Positions 1 through 15,229 of a stretch of DNA of 35,026 nt are shown here, in pieces. Below the pieces are notes generated by a model. The model did no database searches, was not told where the DNA came from, and saw only the letters and a program-made list of their open reading frames with translations. The translations under genes were made by a program, and so were the position numbers. Source of the stretch: Guillardia theta CCMP2712 (taxonomy: Eukaryota; Protista; Cryptophyta); NCBI RefSeq assembly GCF_000315625.1, contig NW_005434523.1, forward strand, positions 102,054-137,079, read 5' to 3'. Every line of letters begins with the position of its first letter. The stretch's first letter is position 1.

Positions 1-49
<49 letters not shown>

Positions 50-114
50 GGTGGTGGTGGTGGTAGTGGTGATGGAGATGGAGATGGAGATGGAGATGGA
101 GATGGAGATGATGA

Positions 115-148
<34 letters not shown>

Positions 149-170
149 GGTGGTGATGATGATGATGATT
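1..170. repeat. Compound microsatellite (GAT)n/(GGT)n/(GATGGA)n
   Basis: Directly visible tandem tri- and hexanucleotide runs. Confidence 0.95.
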
Positions 171-532
171 GAAATGACGACGAGGAGGGGGAGATAGTTG
201 AAGTACACGCAGAACAAGGTTAAGATAAGATTTATTTCAAAGATTTCAAGGAGTAAAATGCTTATCACTGAATTTCTGACAAGCACATGCCGTCCTACTC
301 TTGAATAGATTTCCTTCTATTTCATCATTTTAAGTTATACGCTCTTACCATCTATCCACGAACAGCTCCACTGAGTGTCGGACCTGAAACCATCCTCCAC
401 GTGTACATCTGAAACAAACACGCCAGAAAAAAGACACCATAACAATACAGGATGACAGCTACAACCAGTACTCCATCTCACAACCCCGAGATCCAACAAA
501 CAACTCAAACTGCAACATGTCTAACTGAATTC

Positions 533-3500
533 TCAAACTCTGTCGTACGCCGCCTCCCTCTTGGCATGATCGTGGCTGATCCCGAACGGAAAGTGATCGA
601 AGCTGCTTCCTCTGCTTGTCGACCTCCTTGGCGGCGGCCCGTGCGACACTGGCTGGCTCGTGCCGTGCGGGAAGTTATCCCTGCTCTCCGACCTTGACAA
701 GGAGCGCGATCTGCGTATGGGCATGCCGATCGTGGACGCGCTGGTAGCAAGGAACCTGAAGTGCTCCCGCTCGTCCTCTGACATGTCTGTCCCTCCAGCT
801 GACGGCTGGCAGAGTCCCATCTGGCGAATGAGCGGCATGAGGTACTTGGGCCCGATGGCCTTCTCAAGCTCCACGAAGAGGAAGATGGCGATCATCATGC
901 CCAAGATGCGAAGCCAGGCGATGCCGTCGATGGCCTCGTTGGAGAAGAAGCTGTTCACGCCTGGGGTGTAGGTGAGGAAGACCTGGAGGACGGCGGTGAT
1001 CAGGATCGAGATCCAGCACCATTTGTTCCCTGTGATGATCTCCATCCTGATACTTGTCGACCTCAGGTACCGGCAGTTGATCGCGTAGGCGATCTCTCCG
1101 AACACCAGCATGTTGAACGCCGCAGCCCTCGCCTTCTTGACCCTCGTCGTCATCAGCACCTCGCCTGCCCTCCTGCCCACCCCGGTCTCCTCGTGCCTCC
1201 TCATCTCGATGTCGAAGTTCGCCAGCACGCAGGTCACGATGCAGGCGGAGACGAAGAGGCAGTGCCATGCTACCATCCTTCCAAACAGCCTCTTCCCCTT
1301 CCTGCGCGGCGGTCGCTCCATGATGGAGTCCTCCGCCGGCTCCATGGCGAGCATCAGCCCCATGGTGACTGAAGTGATCATGTTGACATAGAGCACTTGG
1401 ATGGCGGTCAGCGGGACAGTCTCGAGCCGCAGCACGTAGGCGAAGAACACGGAGAGTCCCTGGGCAAAGTTGACAGGCATGTTGTAGAGCAGGATCTTGA
1501 CAAGGTTGTCCCACACTCTCCTTCCCTCCCTCACCGCCCTCACAATCGTAGCGAAGTTGTCGTCCGCCAGCACCATCTTTGCCGCCTCCTTGGACACGTC
1601 CGTCCCTGTGATCCCCATCGCCACCCCGATGTTCGCCGCCTTGAGGGCGGGAGCGTCGTTCACTCCGTCCCCTGTCATCGAGCATGTCTGCCCGACCCGC
1701 TGGAGCGACTTCACAATCTGGATCTTGTTCTCCGGCGACGCTCGCGCAAACACGTTGCACCCCAGCACGATCTTGTCCATCTCCTCCTCGCTCATCGCGT
1801 CCAGCTGCGGCCCAGTGAAGGTCTTCACCTCCGTGCTGGGAAGGTTGGGGGGGAAGATGCCCAACTGCTTCGCTATGGCGGCGGCAGTTTGCGGGTGGTC
1901 CCCGGTGATCATCTTGACTTGGATGCCAGCAGTCTTCGCCACCCCGCAGGCCTCGATGGCTGCCTCCCTGGGCGGGTCGAGGATGGCGACGAGGCCGATG
2001 AGGGTGAGGAACGGCTCTGGAGCCTTGAGGAGGATGTCGGCGTCCATCTCGTCGGAGACCTTGGAGCGGTCCCAGTCAGCTCGGGCCACAGCAAGGCATC
2101 TCAGGCCCTCAGAGCTCATGTCCGCTGCCCGGTCCTCCCAGAACTTGGTGACCAGCGGCTGGGTGCGGTTGACGTCGTCCTCGCAGACCTGGTTCTTGCA
2201 GCGGGGAAGGATGCGATCGGGAGCTCCCTTGACGTGGAGGACGAGGGGAGCGTTGGGATCGGTGCTGGTGGCATGCACGCAGCACATGAACTTGTGCTCG
2301 GAGGCAAACGGCACAGCGGCCACACGGGGATGCGCTTTCTTGAAGATGTGCAAGTCCGGGATCCCGAGCTTCATTCCGAGTGTCAGCAGGGCGACTTCAG
2401 TCGGGTACCCGACAGGGATGTACGTCATCCTCCCATTGATGCTGTCAACGTTGAGGCCCGAATCGTTGCAAAGAACCACCCCTTCAAACATCTGCTTGAC
2501 CCTCCCCTTGTGCTCTGCAGCCAGCTCTTCTCCCGAGTTGGGGTCCACGATCGTTCCCAGCTCGGGAGAGTACCCTACCCCCTTCACGGGGTACTGCGCC
2601 TCCGTCGTCTGCACCCTCTGTACAGTCATCTCGTTCTTGGTCAGGGTCCCAGTCTTGTCTGAGCAGATCACGGTGACGGATCCCAGGGTCTCCACGGCCG
2701 GGAGCTGCTTGACGATGGCGTTCTGGTTCGCCAGGAGCTGCATGGCCAGCGCAAGGGAGATGGTGACGACAGCAGGAAGGCCCTCGGGGATGATGGCGAC
2801 AGCAATGGAGACGGCGGACTGGAACGCAGTGCCGACGCTCTCCTCAGCCATGACCTTGGCCAGGGTGAACGTGACTGCAGCGATCACGAACACGAACAAC
2901 GAGACCCATCGTCCGAAGATCTCGAGCTGAATCATAAGGTTCGTCTTGACTGACTCCTGCTCACTCACCATGGAGCTGATCTTGCCGATCTCAGCCGCGT
3001 CTCCCGTCCCCACCACGATCCCCTTCCCCTGCCCCGCCTGCACCGTCGTTGCAGAGAACGCCATGTTCTTGCGATCTCCCAGCGCGACGGTCTTTCCCCC
3101 GCTGATCTCGTGCGTGTGCTTGCTGATCGGGTTGCTCTCCCCAGTCAGCATCGCCTCCAGGATCTTGAGGTTGCTCGTCTCGAACATGCGCAGGTCAGCC
3201 GGCACCGCGTCTCCCGCCTTGATCGACACCACGTCACCAGGGACCACGTCGCTCTGCCAGCAGTCAAGTCAGACGCGCAAACTTGTTTGTGGGGCCACTC
3301 ACAGCTGGGACCTCCGTCGGCTGCCCATCTCGGATGACGGTAGCCTTGGCCGACAGCATGCCCTTGATCGCCTCCGCCGCCTTCTCCGCCTTCCCTTCTT
3401 GGATCATACCGATCGTGACGTTGAGGACGACGACGCCAACAATCAGGGCCACCTCGGCGTACTCCTTGAGCACCCCGGACACGATGGCTGCCGCTATGAG

Positions 3501-3731
3501 GATGTAGATAAGGATGTTGTTGATCTGCAGGAACAGCTTCATCAAGAAGCCTATCTTGGGAGGAGGCGTCATCTCGTTCTTGCCGTACACCTCCAGGCGC
3601 TTCTGAGCTTCCTGGTGCGTGAGCCCATCCTTCTTCGACTCCTGCAGCTCCAGGACCTTGTCCACGGTCTCCGAGTGCCAGTACTCCTCCTCCTCCACCT
3701 TCACTCCCTCCATCTGAACCTCCTTGCTCAT
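533..3731 (-). CDS. P-type (P2) cation-transporting ATPase, ~1049 aa; exons 3731-3303 and 3253-533, 49-nt intron 3302-3254
   Basis: Canonical motifs TGES, PEGLP, phosphorylation site [28 protein letters not shown], plus hydrophobic TM segments. A GTGAGT...CTGGCAG intron joins the two ORFs in frame (PTEVPA|SDVVPGD). ATG at 3731 gives MSKEVQ. Confidence 0.96.
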
Positions 3732-4559
3732 GCTTGTGGTGACACAGCACTCGTGCGAGGAGCCAAGTCGACGAAGCTGCGCAGGCACAAGTCAGCATGA
3801 GAGGAGGGGACAGCTCAAATCAGAAATCGAAGTTTGGTCTATTAAAAAGTTGAATTTTTGAGGTGAATTTTGGGATTTTAAGAATTTCAAGTACAAATGG
3901 GTCAAGGAGTAAAATTGAAATTTGTTCGCTGCTTGTGTGGGAGGAACATTGAAAGTCGGAGGATCGGGGTGACGGGGAGGACGAGGAAAGAAAATGTTGA
4001 GAGCATGCTCGATTTGACATAGAGTAACACGAGATGAGTTGAGGAGGAGGAGCTTGCATGTCGGGACGATGATATGCGAAGAGACAAGATATTCTGTGAT
4101 CTTTCCAACAAGCAGCACGATGGAGAAGGATGATTCAAAGAGAAGAGACCAAGATGTAAAAGATTCAAGACAAAGGATTATGCTCAAACATGAAGGAATA
4201 TCATGAAGATACAAATATTTTTCAGGAGAAATCTGATGAAGGGAAAGGGGACCGGCAAGGGAGGAAAGTTGTTATGTGAGGTCGTTCAGGACCATGAGAG
4301 GAGAAATAAGTTTGCATAAAGAGCACAGAAATACTCAAGAGGTAGACGAGGCAGGAGAGGGAAGCAGGAGCGCAGGATAGAGAAGAGAAGAAGAGAACAG
4401 GAATCAAGCTCAGGGATGAACGTAAACTTCCAGAGGAAGCGGGATAGAGGAGCAAGGCGTAGAAGCGGGAGGATGCGAGGAAGCGGGAGGAGCGGGAGGA
4501 GAACAATGGTGGAAAGGATGTTGTGTGACGGGAGGAAACCAGGAGGAAGAAGCTGCAAG

Positions 4560-5580
4560 AAGCAGGAGGTAGGCAGTCATAAGCGTGTGGGCGGGTCAGG
4601 GAGGGACCGGGGGGGCAGCAAATATATTTCGACGAAATGGGGGGTGGGGTGCCCGTAGGGATCAAAATGGAGGGGTGCTCGTGCGTGATACCCCTGTTTC
4701 TTGCTCGGGTGCTTCTTGCAGGTGAGGTAGGGGTAGCTAATGGTACCGGTTATGAGTACTGTAGCAATAGATGAAAATTCGGTCAAATTTGCCAAATATC
4801 AGGGTGGGGTGGTCAAAATGGCGATTCTCCAACCTCCAGGGTGGGAAGAAGGATTTTACAAGAGGCAAATGGGGGTGGGGTAGTTTGGGGGGACCCTTGT
4901 TTCGAAGGTCAAAGTACAGGGGTTGCTCTGACGAAAATTGGGGGGTAGGGGTGTTGAAAATGGATTCAAAGTGGGGTTAAATATGGTTCAAAGTAGGGGT
5001 ACCTTCAGTTGTAAATGTGTTTGACATGGGGTGGGTCCAATTGATCAACACCACCACTCCTCAGATCGTACGACTGTGAAAAAAGAATGTGGGGTGGAGG
5101 CTGTGGAATTAGGAGGGGTACTGGGTGTAAAATACCCTACCCCCTGGATAATTTGCATAAGAAAATATCCAGCAAAGGGTGGGTAGAAAGAAAATGGATG
5201 GTAAATTCCACTGGTGGGGTGGCATGGTACCTCTCTGGTCATTAGTATTGTACCGGGTTGGAACGAGGAATCATCGGTAGGGGTGTATCATCACCCATAG
5301 AAGAGAGGTCAAAAGGAGGGGTCTTCAATGTTGTAAAGTAAAATTGGTGGGTGGAGGTGGCCAGGGGGTGTAGTACATTGCCGACGGGACTTTGGGGTTG
5401 TCCGCGAGAGGCGGTGAGTTCAAGATGAAAGTGGAAGCAGGGTGGGGTACGAGGGGAAAGGGTGGGTAGTCGATGGATACATCTTGAGGGGTGGTGCAGG
5501 ATATTTGTGCTCAAGTAGAGGGGTGGGGGTGATACGAGGACAATAGATACAAAAAGCTTGGTGGGGTGGGTGAGAAGTGC
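4560..5580. other. Non-coding patch dense in GGGGT(A/G)/GGGTGG motifs and reverse copies (ACCC...), upstream of the ATPase
   Basis: G-run motifs recur every few tens of bp in a more AT-rich background; no credible ORF. Confidence 0.6.
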
Positions 5581-5914
5581 TGANNNNNNNNNNNNNNNNN
5601 NNNNNNNNNNNNNNNNNNNNNNNNNNNNNNNNNNNNNNNNNNNNNNNNNNNNNNNNNNNNNNNNNNNNNNNNNNNNNNNNNNNNNNNNNNNNNNNNNNNN
5701 NNNNNNNNNNNNNNNNNNNNNNNNNNNNNNNNNNNNNNNNNNNNNNNNNNNNNNNNNNNNNNNNNNNNNNNNNNNNNNNNNNNNNNNNNNNNNNNNNNNN
5801 NNNNNNNNNNNNNNNNNNNNNNNNNNNNNNNNNNNNNNNNNNNNNNNNNNNNNNNNNNNNNNNNNNNNNNNNNNNNNNNNGAGTAGCAAAGAAAGGGAAC
5901 ATGAGCTAGTGCAA

Positions 5915-6120
5915 GAGGAGGAAGGGAGAGGGAGGGAGAGGGAGGGAGAGGGAGGGAGAGGGAGGGAGAGCGAGGAAGAGGACAGAGCGAGGAAGAGGAC
6001 AGAGCGAGGGAGAGGACGGAGCGAGGAAGAGGAGGTAGCGAGGGAGGGAGCGAGGGAGCGAGGGAGCGAGGGAGCGAGGGAGCGAGGGAGCGAGGGAGGG
6101 AGCGAGGAAGGGAGGAAGGG
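5915..6120. repeat. Purine-rich low-complexity repeat (GAGG/GAGCGAGG)n
   Basis: Directly visible. Confidence 0.9.
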
Positions 6121-6145
6121 AGCACAGCAACTCCTACTCTGCGGT

Positions 6146-8975
<2,830 letters not shown>

Positions 8976-9014
8976 CCCACCTCACCACAACCACCAAGAC
9001 CAGCACCACCACAA

Positions 9015-9141
9015 TCCTCCTCCTCCTCCTCCTCCTGATCCTCCTCCTCCTCCTCCTCCTCCTCCTGATCCTCCTCTTCCTCCTCCTGATCCTTCTCCTC
9101 CTCCTCCTCCTCCTCCTCCTCCTCCTCCTCCTGGTCTTCCT
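9015..9141. repeat. (CCT)n microsatellite next to an assembly gap
   Basis: Directly visible. Confidence 0.9.
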
Positions 9142-9884
9142 NNNNNNNNNNNNNNNNNNNNNNNNNNNNNNNNNNNNNNNNNNNNNNNNNNNNNNNNNNN
9201 NNNNNNNNNNNNNNNNNNNNNNNNNNNNNNNNNNNNNNNNNNNNNNNNNNNNNNNNNNNNNNNNNNNNNNNNNNNNNNNNNNNNNNNNNNNNNNNNNNNN
9301 NNNNNNNNNNNNNNNNNNNNNNNNNNNNNNNNNNNNNNNNNNNNNNNNNNNNNNNNNNNNNNNNNNNNNNNNNNNNNNNNNNNNNNNNNNNNNNNNNNNN
9401 NNNNNNNNNNNNNNNNNNNNNNNNNNNNNNNNNNNNNNNNNNNNNNNNNNNNNNNNNNNNNNNNNNNNNNNNNNNNNNNNNNNNNNNNNNNNNNNNNNNN
9501 NNNNNNNNNNNNNNNNNNNNNNNNNNNNNNNNNNNNNNNNNNNNNNNNNNNNNNNNNNNNNNNNTAGAGGAGAGGAGAGGGGAGGTGAAGAAAGATGAAA
9601 TGAGGGGAGCAAAGAGGGGAGCAAAGGAGAGGGAAGACAGAAGAGGTGAGCAATTCAGAGCAGAGCGGAGGGGATGGGAGGGGAGGAGAGGGGAGGAGAG
9701 GGGAGGGGAGGAGGAGGAGGAGAAGGAATGTGGCAGGAAGCGATAGTTGAGACGGAAACAGGATTAAGGCTTGTTTACTAGAGGCAGAGATGACGATAAC
9801 GATTCTAGTGCACCACAATCTCGTGCAGTACATCAGTTGTCGACAAGGTGGTGGAAACCGAAGTGGAGGCAGGATGAGCAGGAG

Positions 9885-9951
9885 GGGCAGGCGCAGGGGC
9901 AGGGCAAGGGTAGGGGAAGGCTCAGGCGCAGCAGCAGGGGCAGGGGCAGGG

Positions 9952-9998
<47 letters not shown>

Positions 9999-10032
9999 GG
10001 CAGGAGAAGGAGCAGGAGCAGGAGCAGGGGCA
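9885..10032. repeat. (GGAGCA/GGGGCA)n hexamer repeat
   Basis: Directly visible. Confidence 0.9.
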
Positions 10033-10042
10033 GTAGAAGTAT

Positions 10043-11682
10043 TCATTCTTTCATTTTGTTGATGATCATGTGCAACAAGGTGTTCAAGATCGACTTCGTG
10101 ACAGCGTTCTCTTCCCACTTGTTGCAGTCTCTCTCATACCAAACTCTCTTGGACTTCTTCTCCTTCACTCTCCTCATCCCTTCTCCCTTCCCCGCAGTGT
10201 ACCAGTAATGTATGCCGTCCTCCGTGCCGTCGGGTCTTGGAAGGGAGATGGAATGAGCGTCTAAGACAGGAATGCTGTAGAAAGTCGAAGTCATCACTTT
10301 GATGATGATGATGATTAGAAAGATGTTTTGAAGGTGCAAAGAGAGATGGAGATTGGATTGCAATTATAACAGAATAAGAAAGTTTTTGACATGTTAATGC
10401 CCACTCTGAAGGAATACAACTCAAAGCATAGATCACTCATGATCAAACAACTCACAATAGCATTCATCTCATTCGCTCAAAACACTTCAATGCTTCACAA
10501 CACGACAGAAGAACTTGCCTGTGCTTTCTTGCCAGCGATGTGAAGACTTCATTCGCAAGAAAAACCCTTACTTGTGTCATTGATTCTACTGTCCCTCTTG
10601 TTGTAAGATTGGAATTAGAACATCTCGTTACAGGACTAACAAGGGATGATCGCAACCTGTAACTAGGAGTAGCTTCTTCGTTCTTGTAGATGATGAAAGT
10701 GGAAGAATCTGCAGTCATGTAGATCACTTTACAAGGTGAAAATTTCTGCTGTCAAAGTGTAAAACAAGCACCTTTGCATGAATGGACAAGGTTTTCAAAG
10801 ATATGCTCGCCGCACTCTTGCAACAGATGGAAGGAATTCTCCAAACTCTCCCAGAACCCAATGGAAAGCACGAGAATCTCTCGATGCGATGAGAAAGGCT
10901 TTCGGCAGTATCCGTTCCTTTCCAGCCACTTCACGAGGTAAGTTATCATGGCCTGTTTGTAAGACAACATGTAAGAAACAATGTTTGTACCTACAACATC
11001 AACATTATGCCTCAAACTTACATGACATCGAAAACTCTCTCCTGATGCTTCCAGACTGAACTCACCCCAAACGCTGCCTGTTTGCATTGTCACCGCAGCA
11101 CGGACATCATGAAATAAACAACTTGTTGTCGGTTTGAACAAATGTGTCACTGAAATTCACTCGCTCATTCAAGTGTGAACAAATATGTCACTCGTTTTCA
11201 TTCACTCATATTCATTCGACTTGATAGTTTGAGAACATTCATCCGTTCAAGCTTGAAGGAGTACGAGCAACAACATTCACAGGTTCTCAACAAATCAACA
11301 TGCTCCACAGAAACATGGTATACCTGTCACAAACACATAATCCAGAGCTGCATTGCAAGCTTCCGACATGAAGGAAACCTCCATCCTCCTGCTCTGATAC
11401 TCAATGTTGACATCCCTGTCAACGAAGTCGATCGCTCCCCTGCACAAGTTTGCTCCATTGCTCACGTTGCAGACAGAGAGGAGGGAGTAGTACAATCCTC
11501 TCATTCTGGACGTGCCGGCAAGGCCGATACGATCAATGAAGATGCTTGTTGTCTTCAAGCGATGATTGTCATGGTTGTACTGATGTAGATAGTTGTGTTT
11601 CTTATATTGATGTAGGTTGTTGTTGTCAGTGTTCTGGTTGTTGTATTCCTTGTGATCATGATTTCTCATATCGTCGTCGTTA

Positions 11683-11722
<40 letters not shown>

Positions 11723-14700
11723 TTTCGATGTCGTCACATGCTCTATGAACAACATCACTACCGCCTTCCAGTCCACCGCATTGCTCTCGATTCATCATGG
11801 CAAATTGCTCTATAGATTCGCCAAGGTTCAAGTACCGACAAGTAGCAGAAATCCACTCGAAAATCTCAACAGTGTCGTTGACTGCAATGGAAGAAATCTC
11901 TTCAAACGATCTCACAGGCAGAGTTGTCTTGTGATGTCTATCAAGATCCCATATCAACCACTACAAACAACGGCAGTTAGCACCAACGGCGCTGATAAAA
12001 TCTCATCCTCCACTACTTGCATCATAAACGCAATCATCGAGGTCCTCTAAAACTCTCACTCCTGCTCCTCCCCCTCTTCTTCTGCTCCTTCCCCTGTCCT
12101 TGTGCTCGTGCGCTTCCCGCTGCTGCTGCTGCTCCTCCTCCTCCTCCTCCTTCTCCTCCTCCTCCTCCTGATCCTCCTGATCCTCGTTGTCATCCGTCTG
12201 CAGCTCTCGAAGCCGAGAAGAATGAGGTGGAGAAGTGGGATGAAGGAGGGAGAAGAAAACAGGAAGCATCAGGAGCCGAAGCAAGGAGCAAGGAGCTAGG
12301 AGCAAGTACAGGTGCAAGGAGTAAGAGCAGGTGCAGGTGCAAGGAGTATGAGAAGGTGCAAGGACATATCTTACCTGTCCATAAACAATCTGCGAGAGAG
12401 AGATATTGTCGTAATTTACAACTGCAAGAAAACATAAATCAGCAAGTCATCAACTCAGTGGATGGAGGCCATCATCATCACCACCTCCTCCACCACCATT
12501 TACAGTCATCATCATCATCATCATCATCGTCATAATGATATCTATCTATCATCAACAACATCATCATCATCACTCCTCCTCCTCCTCCTCCTTCTCCTCC
12601 TACTCCCACTTCTACTCCTACTCCAACTCATCCTGTTCCTGCCCCTGACAGTGCCCCTGCCCCTGACCCTGCCCCCGGTCCTCTCCTGCTCCTCTCCTGC
12701 TTCTGCTCCTGCTCCTGTGGCTCCTCCTGCTCCTCCTCCGTCCTCACCAATCGGGAATCCGCCTGTCAGCAACCTAGATTCCGTTGATAAAGGTTGCAAA
12801 CTCCAACCTTGCTTCCACGCCTCATGGTGAGGAGTCAGGATCCAAACTCCATCTTCATCCCCATGACAAACGTTCTCAATGCTATCACGATTGTGTTTGT
12901 TGTCATGGCAGAAATCGACTAGTTGAAAGACATGGACTACGAAAGGACGGGAGCTGTAAGGTAGACGATGGTTCATACACCCTTCGGCAATGAGATGAAT
13001 CTGAATCAAATCCTCCATGCATGGGATATGATCAGCCTCGAGGTAAGAGATCTGAGAATAGCAAGGCGTGTGTCAATGAACAAACAACACCGAGATATCT
13101 TTCAGCATGCCAGGTTCATCACCTGTGGGAATCGAAGGAGCGGCTTCAGAAATCCTGAAAACCTTATTCTTGCACTCGACTGGAGATGATAATAACATCT
13201 CATCTCAGAGTAATCCTGTACCTCCACTTTCAGAGATACTGTCCTGCTGAGCTGAGAAATATCTGCAAAGACCGTGACCCTAATCTCTTCTCTTCTCAAC
13301 TCGACGATGTCGCCCGAGAAGATCTTGTGAGGGACAAAACTTTCCATCTCCACGATGGTTCGGTTCCGGAAACTTTCAAACTGCTGCAGGTCAAACGGGA
13401 TCAGCCGTTGTGGGCCTGACAAGGAAGACCGTTGAGCTGGTTCACTGTGAGACGAGAGTTCCATCAGGGAACTATCCAGAAACAACATGGGGAGCTGACC
13501 CGGAAACGTTCGCGATCATCGATGTCGAGCGGTCGAGCACCTCGTCATCGGCTGCTCCTCCCCCTGCTCCTGCTCCTTCTCCTGCCCCTGCCCCTGCTTC
13601 TACTCCTGCTCCTGCCCCTTCCCCTGCCCCTGCCCCTGCCCCTGCCCCTGCTCCTGCACCTGCTCCTGCCCCTGCTCCTGCTCCTGCTCCTGCCCCTGCC
13701 CCTGCCCCTGCCCCTGCCCCTGCCCCCCTCCCTCTCCTGCTCCTGCTCCTGCTCCTGCTCCTCCCCCCTCTCTCCCTCCCCTCTGGTAAAATCGCTCCTC
13801 AACGAGCAACCTCTCCTCGTCTGCGCAAAGTCTTCAGCGCCTCCTCCTCCACTTCAGATCCTCGTCACCTTGGTACCTGTGGAATGGGAAACGACAGGAA
13901 GCGGAGGAGACGCAGACAGCGAGCTGACTTTTCCCAGCTCGCCCCTCGAAGTGGAGGGAGCCCCCTCGGTCCCCAGCTCGTCGCCGCCTCTGGTGGAGAC
14001 CCTGAGTGCTGCCTCCTGACCTCCGACAATCTTGACTTCTCAGCTCCACCATGTACGAGCACTGCAAGTCCGCCAGTTCGCTCACTGAGACTGTCACGAA
14101 CCACTCCCCCTGCTTGTCGTGCTCCCATGATCGCAGGTTTGACGCTTCTCTTGCACCTATCTCACTGATTGAGATATTGACCCAGCGGTCAGCAATGACC
14201 AGGCTCCGGAAGTCATGGTTGGAAACGAGATGCTGGTCGTTTCTCCTCCATCTCTTCTCCCGGCATTCCGGCTCACCGCTCAGGCACCTGACGTGATAAA
14301 ACGTCGATCGAGACTGAGAGCAGGCAGTTTGTGTTTCCTCATCCAAGGTCGACATGTCCAACACATGCTCTCCAAAGGTTGATTCGTCAACGACACTGGG
14401 CAGCACCTGCAAGAGGAAAGTCATCCATCTACATCAAGTCGCCACCAGCGCCCGATACCTCCTCGAACGCCAACACAGAATCCTTCTCCTACTCCCCTTC
14501 CTCCTACTCCACTCCCTCCTACTCCTCTCCCTCCTACTCCTCTTCCCCCTATTCCTCTTCCTGCTACTCCTCTCCCCCTATTCCTCTTCCTGCTACTCCT
14601 CTCCCTCCTACTCCTCTCCCTCCTACTCCTCTTCCCCCTACTCCTCTCCCCCCTACTCTTCCTCCTACTCCTCTCCCTCCTACTCCTCTTCCCCCTACTC

Positions 14701-15229
14701 CTCTTCCCCCTACTCCTTTTCCTCCTACTCCTCTTCCTCCTTCAACATCACCATCACTATATGATCCATTGTCATCATGATCTTCACCATCTCCATCTCC
14801 ATCATCATCTTCTCTCTCGCATTCCCATCATCATCTCCCTATTCACCTCCAACATCCCATTATCATCTCATCGCCACCATGGTCATGATCATCATCAGTA
14901 CCATCAGCAGCAGCAACAACAACGGCACATACCAGGTCCAACGTCGCTGTACAAGTCGACGCAACAAAGTGAAACTGTCTATCGTCAAAGACGAGAAGAA
15001 ACTTCCTTTCTTTGCAAGCATTCCCCTCTGCAACGTAAAACCTTATCGCCAGACCTCCATCACGCCAGACAGGCCCAGCTTTGTCGTCGTCAACATCTGA
15101 CCTCACATAGATGCTGCTGTTGAGAGGCTGGATGATTACGATCTCACTCTCTGAACATACCGCAATGACGTGCTTGACAAGTGCCACATGATACGTCGAG
15201 AGGAGGAGGAGGAACGCCCACGTATACAT
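10043..15229 (-). CDS. Multi-exon SGNH-fold PC-esterase/NXPE/TBL-like protein (putative O-acetyl esterase or transferase); start uncertain, possibly near 15.3-15.4 kb
   Basis: Three SGNH-type blocks occur in the correct order: block I-like RIGLAGTSRMRGLYYSLL (11516-11508, G-T-S for G-D-S), block III-like ILVLSIGFWES, and block V IPVLDAHSISLPRPDGTEDGIHY (DxxH, 10219-10205). The final helix ends at the stop at 10043. Intron 14932-14407 (GTATGT...TTGCAG) joins exons in frame. Confidence 0.65.
13553..13783. repeat. (CCTGCY)n hexamer repeat, probably intronic
   Basis: Directly visible. Confidence 0.9.
14485..14740. repeat. 15-18-bp pyrimidine-rich minisatellite (CCTACTCCTCT(T/C)CC...) inside intron 14407-14932
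   Basis: Directly visible tandem units. Confidence 0.9.

Noticed and set aside
3-197. Poly-Met/Val ORF, and similar poly-Gln/Leu/Pro/Ala-Pro ORFs at 6.5-7.4, 9-10, 12, 13.5, 14.5 and 22.1-22.5 kb
   Set aside because: Translations of microsatellites, mostly within predicted introns.
1397-3800. Long plus-strand ORFs (421, 477 and 284 aa) overlapping the ATPase
   Set aside because: Antisense shadow ORFs caused by the strong GC3 bias of the real minus-strand gene.
14485-14740. Regularly spaced repeats as a CRISPR-like array
   Set aside because: No unique spacers; it is an intronic minisatellite in a eukaryotic gene.
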